Source of the DNA: Eledone cirrhosa
Taxonomy: Eukaryota
Assembly: GCA_964016885.1 (NCBI GenBank)
Contig: OZ024740.1
Location: 212,536,001 to 212,600,000 of the forward strand
Direction of reading: 5' to 3'
DNA length: 64,000 nucleotides
The stretch's first letter is position 1. Every line of letters begins with the position of its first letter. This document shows, one piece after another, positions 1-12,053 of the stretch. The translations under genes were made by a program, and so were the position numbers. The notes beneath the pieces are model-generated. The model worked only from the letters and a program-made list of their open reading frames with translations, searched no databases and had not been told where the DNA came from.

Positions 1-2704
1 TGTGCCAGGCGCCCGGTTTTCTCGGTCTTTGCTTGACCCAGGATTGCAACTCGGTGAGTGAGACGAGTCTCGGAAAGGTTCGTCTCACAAACGGGGCCCA
101 CACCGGTTGACCGGTGAGGAATACCTGGAGGTGCCGTAGCCTTAATGCGTGTTTACGCATCATCAGACACGGCATCCCCAGCCCTCCTTTTGAAGGGTGT
201 TGACAGCAGATGGATCTCCTCACCAAACGGGCCCGCTTCTTCCAAAGGAATTGGAAGAGTGCGTGCTCCTTTTTGGTAAGCGTTTCCCTTGGGCAAGGCA
301 CGACAGTCAGGCGGTAGTAGATGACGGACGCTATATAGGTGTTCGCCACCTCCACCCGACCTTCAGGGATAGTTTGCACTCAGCCCACTTCTGAGTTAGT
401 GCAAACACCCTGTTCGTTACCTCACCCAGTTCTTCTCCATCTGGAGGTATGCTCCGAACCAGACCCGAGCAACTTCACCGGGCCCTCCGTCCAGCGTCCG
501 ACGACGCAATCGGAGGTTATCGATTTGCCCCTCCACGTGCTGAGTTGCAACCCGATCGACTTGTCCCGGTTCAGCTTAGCCCCTGTAAACCTTTCGTACT
601 CCTCCAGTAAGGTGCCGACCGCCCCGATTTCCGAGGCGGTCGACACCATTACTGTTACGTCATCGGCGTAGGCCGACACCGCTTTCCGCAATCCCGGTTC
701 CAAAGGGATGCCCTGCAACAACTCCAACTTCCGCAGCAGTGGCTCGAGAGTCATTACATACAGAAGGGGGGAGAGAGGGCACCATTGTCGGATGGACCGT
801 GTGATATCGAATGGCTCCGAGAGGTAGCCGCTCACCTTGACCCTAGAGCAGATGCGGCTGCTGTGCATGGCAGGGATCCAGCCCCTGAAAACGGGTCTGA
901 AACCTGCCGCCGCTAGCACCGCATCCAGGTAACCATGGTCGACCCTATCGAACGCCTTAAATTGATCCAAGTTAATCAGGGCCCCACCAAAGCTGGGTTC
1001 GTTCCCAACCCTCTCTATGATGTATCGCATAAGGTGTAGGTTGTCGTGGATGGACCTGGACGGGATAGCACATATCTGCGCATCTCCCACCAGGTTGCCC
1101 ACGACAAGCGCCAACCTCTTTGCTAACAGCTTGGCCAAAATCTTTAACTCTGTGTTTAGCAGAGTTATGGGCCTGAAATTACTTATTTCGTCCCCCTTGT
1201 TCTTATCCTTCCTCACTAGCGTGACTACGCCCTTGGTCACAGCACAGGGAATTCTCCCGTTCTGTTGCCAGTTGCAGTAGACCGCCTCGAGGAGATCGGG
1301 GAACGAGTCCGGTATAGCTAGATGTAGTTCATATGGAAGACCATCGAGACCCGGGGATTTGCGTTTGCCGCATCGGCTCAACACGTCCCCTATCTCAGCA
1401 GCTGAAATCGGCCCCTCGCAGGACTTCGCCTCCTCGTCTGAAAGACGCGGCAGGCCGTCGAGGTATGGACTGAAGTCCACATCCCCATCCCCCCCCCCCG
1501 CCTCTCCCGAACAATCGGGTAAAGTGCCTTTGAAAAGTCATACACATCTGCTTAGGTTCAAGGATCACCCGTCCATCCTGGTCTCGCAAAGACCGGATAG
1601 TGGATCTGCTCCCTCTTTTTGGCTTCTGTCACGCGGGCCCAGCTAACAGCTTTGGTCCCCTCGTTTCCTAGAGGACGTATTTTGCTTCGGACAACGCAGC
1701 CTTCGTGCTTCGCGTCAAAGAACTGGCCCAAGGCCGTTCTCGACGCTAGCACTCTGGCCACGCCGCCGCTTCTAATTGCCTCTTCTACACTATCTACCAA
1801 CTCCCTTTCCTTCCTATTTCTATCTGAGGCTAACTCCTTACTAAATTCTATAGAGACTACTCTAATCTCTCTTTTGAGAGATCCCCACCTCCTGCTGTTG
1901 ACGATCGCTCCCGTCAACCGCTCCTTAACTAAAGTACTAATCCGGTTCCTGTACACTTTACTTGCCGATAAGGACAAGTTCAGTTTCCAGTAACCGGCTC
2001 CCTGTCTATGTGTTCTATCAAGGTTGAGTATGCAAGTCACTAATTTGTGATCTGAATAGCCAACCATAAGCATCTTTGGACAGCTTAAAGGGTCCCTATC
2101 CTTATTTCTAACTAGGACCCTATCTAGGTACGACCTAGATGATCCGCTACGGTTTGCCCAAGTCCATGTTGGCGCAGTCGGAAAATCTAGTGGATATCTA
2201 TTGGACAGGTCAAATCGGCCGATTAACTCCTTGAGGCTGTTACACCCCCCTCTATCGGGACATGCCCTTACATAGTCCCAACGTGTATCTAGGATACCAT
2301 TCCAGTGCCCCACTAAAAGCAAGGAGCGAGACGGCCCCAGAAAAGTCTCCACACGTTGGAAGAAATCCGGCCGCGCTGACCCAAAAGGGGCGTAGGCGGC
2401 GACCAGCCTAAAGGCTCCGCCTTCACCACTGCTAACGTCTAAAACCACCAGTTGACCCTCCGGGTCCAGGTGTACCGTCTGTGCGGCGAGACCCAGATTT
2501 TTTTGCAGCAGAACGACAACCCCCACCCCCACCTCCGGGTTGACAGAGAGATGTGTGCATCTCAAAGTCGTCAAAAATGGAGGCTAGCTGGCGCACGCTG
2601 CTGATCTGGGCCTCGCAAATGACCATCACATTTATACAGCGTGACCTGAGGTCATATGAGCCCAGGCCACGCACATTTAGACAAGCCACTCCCAATACAG
2701 CCAT
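1..2704 (-). mobile_element. L1/Tx1-clade LINE ORF2 (APE endonuclease + reverse transcriptase), frameshifted, running off the left edge
   Basis: Endonuclease motifs CLNVRGL, SRSYLDRVL and YSDHKLV (ORFs 2432..2704, 1558..2574). RT motifs KSPGLDGLPYE, NFRPITLLN, LDQFKAFDRVDH, RQWCPLSPLLY and AYADD (ORF 422..1480). Confidence 0.93.
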
Positions 2705-2810
2705 GTTGGTGGTAAAGAGAAAAAGGAGGCACCTACCTCTCTGCGTCCCGGGGACCAGGTCGCGTGTGTGTGTATGTGTACAAATAAATATGTGTGTGTC
2801 TGTATGTGTG

Positions 2811-3390
2811 TGTGTAAAGTGGTCATGTAGGTATCACAACAAAAAGCACCCAGTAAACACTGTAAAGTGGTCGTGTAGGTATCACAACAAAAAGCACCCA
2901 GTAAACACTGTAAAGTGGTCGTGTAGGTATCATGACAAAAAGCATCCAGTACACACGGTAAAGTGGTCGTGTAGGTATCACAACAAAAAGCACCCAGTAA
3001 ACACTGTAAAGTGGTCGTGTAGGTATCATGACAAAAAGCATCCAGTACACACGGTAAAGTGGTCGTGTAGGTATCATGACAAAAAGCACCCAGTACACAC
3101 TGTAAAGTGGTCGTGTAGGTATCATGACAAAAAGCATCCAGTACACACTGTAAAGTGGTCGTATAGGTATCATGACAAAAAGCACCCAGTACACACTGTA
3201 AAGTGGTCATGTAGGTGTCACAACAAAAAGCACACAGTACACACTGTAAAGTGGTCATGTAGGTATCATGACAAAAAGTACCCAGCCCACACTGTAAGGT
3301 GGTCGTCTAGGTGTCACCACAAAAAACACCCAGTAGACACTGTAGTGTGGTCATGTAGGTGTCACAATAAAAAACACGCTGCACTTCTGT
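2811..3390 (+). repeat. 48-bp minisatellite (~12 units, TGTAAAGTGGTCGTGTAGGTATCACAACAAAAAGCACCCAGTAAACAC) expanded from an RTE 3' UTR
   Basis: Direct tandem repeats; translation repeats every 16 aa. The same unit occurs 2-3 times in the RTE 3' UTR at 36205-36310. Confidence 0.92.
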
Positions 3391-3549
3391 AAATGTGGCT
3401 GGCATTAGGAAGGGCATTCAGCCGTTAAAACCTAGCCGAAACCAGTTCAGTGTGAGCAAAACACGGTCCTCTGACCTGGATCTCTCACAGCGAGACAACA
3501 TTTCCTACCCATGCTAGCGTGGAAAATGGACGTTAAAAGATGATGATGA
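3386..3549 (+). mobile_element. RTE LINE 3' terminus with (GAT)n tail
   Basis: GGCATTAGGAAGGGCATTCAGCC...CCCATGCTAGCGTGGAAAATGGACGTTAAAAGATGATGATG matches the RTE end at 36320-36474. Confidence 0.8.
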
Positions 3550-3644
3550 AATGTGAACATAGTAAAGGTGAGTATCATTGTTTTCAATTTACTGGAAAAT
3601 ATGTCTAAATACTAAAAATGTATAAATCTATGTACTGTATATAT

Positions 3645-3908
3645 GGAGGTGTGTGGCCTAGTGGTAGGTTTGTTGACTTCCAATCATAATGTCGTGAGTT
3701 CAATTCCTGGGTTATGTGTTGTGTTCTTGAGCAAGATACTTCATTTCACGTTGCTCCAACATACTCAGCTGTAAGTGAGTAGGAGCAATAGCTGGGGGTT
3801 TAACTCAGCGATGGACTGGAGTCTTGTCCAGTGGGGAGTCTTGTACTCTGTCACTTCACGCCATGAGACCGGGATAAGCACTGAGCTGATGAACCTCTTG
3901 GCTTGGAC
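3645..3908 (+). mobile_element. tRNA-derived SINE with CORE-like body and V-domain-like segment
   Basis: A box TGGCCTAGTGG, B box GAGTTCAATTCC, body TGTGTTCTTGAGCAAGATACTT, then GCGATGGACTGGAGTCTTGTCCAG. Domain names are from memory of SINE consensus sequences. Confidence 0.7.
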
Positions 3909-3948
3909 ATATATATATAAATTCATATGTTGTACACACACACAAATA

Positions 3949-3986
<38 letters not shown>

Positions 3987-4021
3987 GATATTAATATATG
4001 GAAACTATATTTATAAAACCA

Positions 4022-4095
4022 TATTTATTTCATTATATATATTTCAAGGATACCAAGTTACATTATGGTATGCCTTCATCAGACAAAATACAATA
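4022..4095 (-). ncRNA. Minimal type I hammerhead ribozyme
   Basis: Reverse complement reads CUGAUGA-AGGCAUACCA..UGGUAUCCUU-GAAA-UAUAUAUA. Confidence 0.75.
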
Positions 4096-4208
4096 TATAA
4101 CAGTTTTATAAATAGACATTGACGTACCCCTTTAAAAATTGGCCGTTGTTTTTGGAGGCCATCAATTTTTAAAGGGATACGTCAATGTCTATTTATAAAA
4201 CTGTTATA

Positions 4209-4282
4209 TATTGTATTTTGTCTGATGAAGGCATACCATAATATAACTTGGTATCCTTGAAATATATATAATGAAATAAATA
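4209..4282 (+). ncRNA. Minimal type I hammerhead ribozyme
   Basis: CTGATGA at 4222-4228, stem II AGGcATACCA/TGGTATcCTT, GAAA at 4259-4262, palindromic stem III (TA)n, imperfect stem I. Confidence 0.78.
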
Positions 4283-4405
4283 TGGTTTTATAAATATAGT
4301 TTCCATTTATTAATATCGTATATCTACTCCAAATATTTGTCGAGTGCTTTATATCAGTTATAAAAATATTTGCTTGTTGTATCCCAACAATTTAAATAAA
4401 ACTTT

Positions 4406-4449
<44 letters not shown>

Positions 4450-5001
4450 TATATATATATATAAGGGTTTAGATCATTACCCAGTGGTACATGTCTAATA
4501 TATATAGATTTGTATGTGTATACTTTTAATCACCATCTAAACCAGAGGTCACAAACACGTGACCTGCACGTCTGTAAACTACATTTCTATGACTTACCAC
4601 AGGATAATTTTCGTGTTTAATGAAGGAAAATTTGAAACGAAAAATTTGTCTCACATTTTGTACAAATTTACATATCCCATACCTGCACACACACACACAC
4701 ACACACACACGCAGACACACACACACACACACACACACACAGACGTGTATTTATTTTATATTTTAGATTAGCATTATATGTAGTTGTGTGTGTGTGTGAG
4801 TATTATTAACCCTTTTGTCTGTAGGTTGCCACACTACTCCTGCCCTAATATGTTGTCTGCTTCGGGGTCCCAGCCACCGACAGGATACAGAATACATTAT
4901 CCCAGAGGACAACGAACTCCATCTCACCTGGTGAAAATCAAACCTTCCCCTAACCTACCTTGCCACTTCTCCCTCTTGACCCACTGTGGCTCTCCACCAG
5001 G

Positions 5002-5281
5002 CATGGTTGGATTTAAACATTGGGGGCCCTTGGCAATTCAGGTTTGGGGGCCCTCATACACAAACAAATTAGAATTCTCAGCAAACTCCCCAATTTTACA
5101 TATCAAAGTTAACTTGGTGCAAGTAATTGGAATTGAAAAGTGTTACCCTACAGGTATTAAATTCAAAAATTCTAACCATCCTAAAACTAAAAAACCCAGC
5201 TGAGGGCACAAATAAATTGCTGACGTTGCTGGTGAGGCACCCACTGCAGGGACCCCCCCCCCCTCATTAAATCCGGCCCTG
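5002..5281. mobile_element. Non-autonomous hAT MITE
   Basis: Imperfect TIRs CATGGTTGGATTTAA / TTAAATCCGGCCCTG; perfect 8-bp TSD CCACCAGG (4994-5001, 5282-5289). Confidence 0.8.
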
Positions 5282-5671
5282 CCACCAGGACATAATGTCA
5301 AGTTTGAGACTCCTGATCTATACAGACCTTATGACTGACTCCCTGTCTAGCGATTTACACAAGCTATGTTTTTCTTTTTCTCTTGTCTATCATACACCCC
5401 CACCATCATCACCACCTTCACCTCCCAGCTTAGCTTAAGTGAACCACCTGTTTAGCTTTTGTTCTTTTTATTTTCATTTATCCTCACATTTATCCATTGC
5501 GTTGTATGTCTACCTCAGTAGCAGTGTGAGAACACACACACACACACATTCTCTCTCTCACATACATAAATACATACATTCATAGATACATACATACATA
5601 CATACATACATACATACATACATACATACATACATACATACATACATACATACATACATACATACATACAT

Positions 5672-8640
5672 AGGATATGTGACAATGCTCCTTACATGCA
5701 AACAAACACAAAAAACCTCACTCCTCACCAACAAAGAGTGAAAAATAAAATAGAGACGATGTTTGGTAACAGTAGAACCAGAACTCTCCAATACAAGCTG
5801 ATCACCCTCAAACAAGAATTGAGAGCTGTTAGCGAAAAACGCCGATACCTGAAAAAGGTAGATGAGAGAAAAGTGCTTAATAAAAGATTCAGACGAAACC
5901 AAACATCAGTCTATAGAGATATGAAGGGCAAAATAAAAAGTGTCACTGAGGCCCCATCCCAGAAAGACATAGATCCCTTTTGGAGCAAAATATGGGGTGA
6001 AAAGAAGAATTTCAACCAAGATGCAGTGTGGCTAAGTGAAATCCGAAAGAACTATTGCTCCTACACTACAACAAAAACATACGAAATAAGTGAGGGTACC
6101 CTTGAGACTGTGATAGGAAAACTCCAAGATAAGAAAACACCAGAAAGAGACATGATTGTCGGCTACTGGTACAAAAAACTGATATTCTATCGGAGGTATC
6201 TTACTGACCTCTACCAACAAGTTCTTAAGGGAGATACACTTATACCAGAATGGTTGACATTAGCACAAACATTACTGGTCCCCAAGAACAAAGACACCCA
6301 CTTGGCAAAAAACTACCGACCCATTGCATGCCAGAACCTGATGTATAAGATGTATACAACCTGCCTGAACCTATTCTTCCAAGATCACTGTGAAAATAAT
6401 AACATCATCACAGTTGAACAAACAGCTGGAAAGAAATGGGTTTGGGGATGTGCTGAACAACTCCTAATCAACAAAACTGCGATGTCGGAGGTGCGACAAC
6501 TCAGGAGGAATATGACTACTATCTGGCTGAACTACAGGAAAGGTTTTGATTCTGTTCCCCACTCTTGGATGATAGAGGCCCTCCAACTTGCTAAAGTCCC
6601 AGACATTATTGTCAGATCCATAGAGAGGCTGTCTTCTTCTTGGGCTACTATCCTAAGGTTAAAGACAGAGAGGGAGGACTCTATTATCACTGATAAAATA
6701 AAATATTGCAGGGGTATATTTCAGGGAGACAGTCTCTCTGTGATATTATTCATCTTGTCATTAAACCCCTTGTCCTTTCTGCTCAAGAAATGTGAGGGAT
6801 ACATCATTGGCTCACAGGAGGCCAGAAATACGAACCTAACCCATAATTTCTTTGTATACGATCTGAAACTCTATGCCAAGAACATGGATGGGATGAAGAA
6901 AAATCTTGACTGGTTACAACGTTCTGAAAGGATATAGGAATGGAGTTTGGCCAAGATAAATGCTTATACATGACTGTAAAGCGGGGAAAAACAACAACCT
7001 AATCTAGCAACATTGTTATCAATGGCCTAACTGTTTCACCGATATCTGATGAGGACTGCTACAGATACCTGGGGATAGATGAGATCCTATAATGGTATCT
7101 GTAATAAAGAACGCGTAACCAAGGAATACTACACCCGATTAAGAAAGATCTGGTCATCGGAACTCTCTGCGCAAAACAAAACAGTGGCTCACAATATGTT
7201 TGCTGTGCCTGTCCTAACACCAACGTTTAGAATACTCAATTGGACGATAGACGAAATCCGAGCAGTTGATGTTGGAACTCGAAAAATACTGAACAACACC
7301 GGAAACTTCCACATCAACAGTGACATAGACCGCCTTTACTTGAAACGTAAGCAGGGAGGCAGAGGTCTAACATCAGTCCAGACAACATTTGAATGTCGCA
7401 TCATATCTCTCCGACAACATCTGCGAACCTCGAAGCGTAGGAGCCCGTTTCTCGAGCAAGTTTATCTGCATGAAACAGATAAGATCAAGAGAGTTGGGAA
7501 GGAACTCCTCGAGAGATATTCCCTGTGTGATAATCAAAAACTCACACCTAGGGATGTCGCTCAGCAGTATCGCAATGAATCCATGGATGAACAACTGCAT
7601 GCCTATCAGCAAAAAAATCATGCTTGGATATGTTGCCAGGAAGCTCCAGAGTGAGAGTAATATAGATAAGGAAAGTAGTCTATCTTAGACCAACAACCGC
7701 TTATATTGGCTCCCACTTTGAAGGATACGCTTTTGCAATCCAGAAACAGGAGATTAGCACGAAATACCTGATTCACAAAAGAGATAGGGATGCAGGCAAA
7801 ACACCTAGATGTGATAACAAGTGCAGACTCTACAGAACTAACATCGAGGATATCACCCATGTCATCAGCATCTGTCCAAAGATGTCATCGCGGTACTATC
7901 TACCTATGAGGCATGATGTAGGGGCCAAAACACTGTACAATGCAGTTCGTAAAAACGATAGACCCGATAATAAACACATTAAAAGCTACAGCAATGTGGA
8001 AGACATCCATGTACATAATATGAAAGAGTACTGGTGGAATGTTCCAGTAAAAACCCAAATAAAATACAGGCTTAACAGACCAGATATTATGATATGGGAC
8101 AGGGAGAAGAAAGCATGCACAGTAGTGGAAAGTAGCTGCCCAGCAGATGCCAATATAATATCAAAGATTAGTGAAAAGCAGAATATTTATGCAGCACTGA
8201 TGAGAAATCTGCAGATATTCCACTCTGATTAAACCTTCAGATTTATGCCTGTGATTATTGGGGCACTGGGATATGTTAGTAACTGCCTCAATACAAATCT
8301 TGAGAAGCTAGGCTTCACAGGAACAGAAAGAACACAACTAGTTGGGTAATTACAAGTACAATCCATTAATGGAACAGTAAAAATATGTAAAACATTCCAA
8401 AAAATGTGCATCTAATAACTGCATATACACATGTACAGATGCAAAGCATATACACATGCACACAAACAACTCAAAACATACACATCCACACATACAATAA
8501 CATCCATATCTACACATGCATGCAGACATACATATCTACCTAGTTGATGTTGTGTAAATTCCAATGAGAGAGTCTTGTGTCTATGTTAGAAACCGACTCT
8601 CTCTCTATTGGTAAAACTTTGTGAAATTATAAAACCAGAA
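5672..8640 (+). mobile_element. Dong/R4-clade (RLE) LINE, 5'-truncated and degenerate, inside a (CATA)n microsatellite
   Basis: RT motifs NYRPIAC and RGIFQGDSLS (ORF 5696..6937), thumb RLYLKRKQGGRGL, zinc knuckle followed by RHD, RLE motif RPDIMIWD..E.SCP, 3' UTR ending ATAAAACCAGAA-(CATA)n. Confidence 0.92.
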
Positions 8641-8694
8641 CATACATACATACACACAGACATACATACATACATACATACATACATACATGCA

Positions 8695-8927
8695 TGCATG
8701 CATCTAATAATTGCATGTAAACTTGACAGATACAAAGTATATGTACATGCACACATATAACTCAAAACATACACATCCACACATACAATAACATCCATAC
8801 CCATGCATGCATGCAGACATATCTACCTAGTTGATGTTTAAATTCCAACGAGAAAGAAAGTCTTGTGTCTATGTGAGAAACTGGCTCTCTTTCTTTGGTA
8901 AAAATGTATAAAATTATAAAACCAGAA
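8695..8927 (+). mobile_element. Second, diverged copy of the Dong/R4 3' UTR
   Basis: Aligns by eye with 8407-8640 (GCATCTAATAA...CCTAGTTGATG...ATAAAACCAGAA). Confidence 0.8.
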
Positions 8928-8981
8928 CATACTTACATAAATACATACATACACACATACACACACATGCACTCATACATA

Positions 8982-10860
8982 CATGATGGAGGCCCCCTCG
9001 TTATCGAGTATATACATATTTACACATTTTTGGATGGCCATTGACTCTGATGAGTTCTTTCACCCTTTGTCAGTTTTTGTTTTTTGACCTGTAGGGTGTC
9101 CAGAATCACTCTCCTCACCAAGTAGACTTGGTGGGGTTGCCAGTTTAGTCGCCGACGACCCAACCATGCGACAGGTTGTATTGGGTTACATGTTATTAGT
9201 AGCACTCAAGAGTGACCCAACATACATACATACATACATGCATACATACATACATACGTACATACATACATGGTGGCTGCCAACTCGTTTTCGAGTACGG
9301 CCACTACTTTATATGCATGTAGGAGAACCCCTACCGATGCGCTGAACAAGTGTGAATTTTTAGTCCAGCCAGCGACTTGAAAACTCTGGTACAAACACTA
9401 CACTTGCGACAATTATTGACACATAGTGCTGGGCCCATGGTACCATGTGACGACAAGTGCAGAGAGATCTCCAGATATAAAGCAATGCCTGTGCCGTGAA
9501 GCCAGTCCCACTCTTTTAACCAAGATGATATTTACCAAAAAGAAGAACAAGTCAACATCATTGGATACCATCAGAGTTGCAGGTGTTATATCAGAGTTTT
9601 CCTTCTAGAATTCTGCCTTGACAAAGGCTAAGGGGTCATCTCTCCCGGTGATTTTGGATGGCCATTGACTCTTAAGAGCTCCTTTGCCCTTTTGACACGT
9701 TTTGTTTTTAGTCCTGCAGGATATCCAAAGTCACCCTCCTCACCAAGAAACCTTGGTGGGGTTGCCAGTTTAGTCGCCAACGACCTGACCATGATACATA
9801 CATACATACATATATACATATATACGTACATGATGATAGCTGCCCCCTCGTTATCGAGTATGGCCATTGCACGATATACCATTATTAATAATAATTAATT
9901 AATTCTATCGTGCAATGCCTGTGCGTGAAGATATTTTTAAAGTGAGGAAAGACTGTGCACTGAGCCAATCCCACTCTCTGAGCGACAGTAGCTATAACCT
10001 GAATGGAAGAAAAGATCAATATCATCAGTAACTACTGAGCCGCAGGTTTTATAACGGAGTTATCCCAGTTTCCTGAGTTGCCTTCTCCTAGAAGAATGCC
10101 CTGAGAAAGTATAGGGTCCTTCACTCCCAGTGGTTTAACCGCGCGATCGGGTGTCCAGCCCGACTATTTCTATGTCCCCGCGCATATACATACATACATA
10201 CATACATACATACATACATACATACATACATACATACATTCATACATACATACATTCATACATGATGGCTGCAAACTCTGCTAAGAGTATTGCAATCGCT
10301 TGTCAGATTATAAAGTTTGGTGCAGAGGCAATGCTTGTGCTTTGAAGGTTTTTTAAGTGGGGAAAGGCTTGTACTCGACCAATCCCACACTCTGAGCATC
10401 GAAAACACTACCCGAAAAAGAGAACTAGTCAACATCATCGGATGCTTCTAAAGCCGCAGGTTTTTTCAGTTTCCCTCTCTTGGATGGCCATTGACACTGC
10501 TGAGTTCCTCCGCCCTTTGCCGAGTCTTGTATTTCATCCCGCAGGGTGTCCAAATATCACCTTCCTCAACAAGCTAGCTTGGTGGGGTTGCTGGTTTAGT
10601 CGCCAACATACATACATGATGGCTGCAAAACTGCTAAAAGTATTGCAATCGAGTGTAATATTCAGATGTGTGACGCTCGGATATGGCTTTTCAAGCCTGC
10701 TAGAGACTTGCACCCCTTCGCACATTGACAATAACTATGGATCTCCCTGGCCCCAGGTCTTGCATCAGGTTGCCTGTGAACCTTCATAATACCGTGGAGA
10801 TCATAGTTCACTGGTTCTCTCTGAATATGGCTGTGACTGTGGCTCCTGAGACAAGATTTG
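8982..10860 (-). mobile_element. Stack of five co-oriented non-autonomous RTE-derived elements separated by (CATA)n
   Basis: Units at ~8982-9170, 9269-9793, 9829-10150, 10261-10605 and 10616-10860. Several share a head (GGTCGTYGGCGACTAAACTGGCAACCCCACCAAG); all have related tails (...GCAGCCAYCAT-like). Two keep a C2H2 finger remnant, KSLAGLKSH. Confidence 0.7.
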
Positions 10861-10874
10861 CTCAAGGAAATCTT

Positions 10875-10977
10875 TCCACACATGCAATAACATCCGTATT
10901 TGCATACATACACACACACATTTACCTAGTTGATATCTAAATTCCAATGAAAGAGTCTTGTTGCTCTGTTAGAAACC

Positions 10978-11031
<54 letters not shown>

Positions 11032-11066
11032 GTGAAAAATTTATAAAATAATAAAACCAGAAGAGC
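10875..11066 (+). mobile_element. Dong/R4 3' UTR copy with expanded (CT)n
   Basis: CCTAGTTGATATCTAAATTCCAATGAAAGAGTCTTG...AAAACCAGAAG matches 8538-8640. Confidence 0.7.
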
Positions 11067-11704
11067 ATATATATATACATACATATACTTATACAAGTCT
11101 TCTTCCTCAACAGATTTCTTACAGACATTGACTAACAGATGCCCATGAAGAACATAAACTGCATTAAGGACACTAGTTTCGCAGAGCCTGTGTCATTCAT
11201 AAATATTGCTCCTTCCTGACAAAGACATGAAAGAGGAGACTTATATAGGCATTTCTTTTTCGCTTGGTCGTAAGATTGTGAGTCACAGCCCTTTATTCCG
11301 TACATGTAAAAAGTACTTATTGTACATTTTTCTATCGTCCAGCTCACAAATTAATATCAAAGCTGGAACTAGTGTGTAGCACTTTAGAAACGATTCTAAC
11401 AATATCAGTTCGATCTTTCTCATGATGTATGAGGTACATCTTTTTAACAACAGTCAGTAGAAACAGCAGTCCTTATGATCACTTTCAGAGGCATCCAAGA
11501 CTGGTTGGGACAAAGAGTAGGTATCCTTAAACCGTAGACAAGGCCTGAATTCTTACAACAGTGTAGACTCCCCTAATGATAAGTGATATGGTTAAGTCTA
11601 GTCAATTGTCTGAACTTGAGTCACCATAAAATCATCTCAGTTTGCTCGCTACTCAGGCAGGAGGACAGTGTGAGCGTTTCTACACACTAATTCCACTACT
11701 ACAA

Positions 11705-11880
11705 ATAATTTTTCTACTTTTGGCACAAGGCCAGCAATTGCCCAGTGTATTACTGGTACTTTATTTTATCGACCCCGTAAGGATGAAAGGCAAAGTTAAC
11801 CTCGGCGGGATTTGAACTCAGAATGGAAAGGGCCGTAACTCTATGCGTCAAAGCATGGCGTCCGACCCTCTACCAATATT
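11705..11880 (-). mobile_element. tRNA-derived SINE (Nin/Deu-like central domain, (ATT)n tail); most frequent SINE in the window
   Basis: Reverse complement contains B box GAGTTCAAATCCC, ACTTTGCCTTTCATCCTTACGGGGTCGATAAA and TGGCCTTGTGCCAAAAGTAGAAA. Confidence 0.85.
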
Positions 11881-12053
11881 TCAATATATTGCTATGATTA
11901 GCTAAATTAAGGCTATTAAGATGAGTCTTTCATCGTTTGTGTTGCTATTGCAACTTGTCACGATATCAGTAATTTAGTATGAAACATGCGAGATTTAACA
12001 TGTTTCAGTAGCGCTTAGCATGAATATTTTAGATTAGGCATTATACTAGTTCT

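Larger units (their letters stand above)
3984..4408. mobile_element. ORF-less Penelope-type pLTR in inverted (palindromic) arrangement
   Basis: ~160-bp inverted arms (3984-4144 and 4157-4320), each containing an HHR. Homologous to the pLTR ends at 27715, 38730 and 45353. Confidence 0.8.

Noticed and set aside
2553-3392. Repetitive 279-aa ORF and a possible CRISPR-like array
   Set aside because: The 48-bp units are contiguous with no unique spacers and no cas genes; they derive from an RTE 3' UTR.
3550-3575. Strong splice donor AAG|GTGAGT
   Set aside because: No supportable exon upstream (it follows an RTE tail); would need RNA-seq evidence.
3645-3710. tRNA gene
   Set aside because: A and B boxes are present, but there is no complete cloverleaf and the sequence runs into a SINE body.
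11090-11700. Higher-complexity segment that might be coding
   Set aside because: No recognisable motif on either strand; probably old transposon debris.
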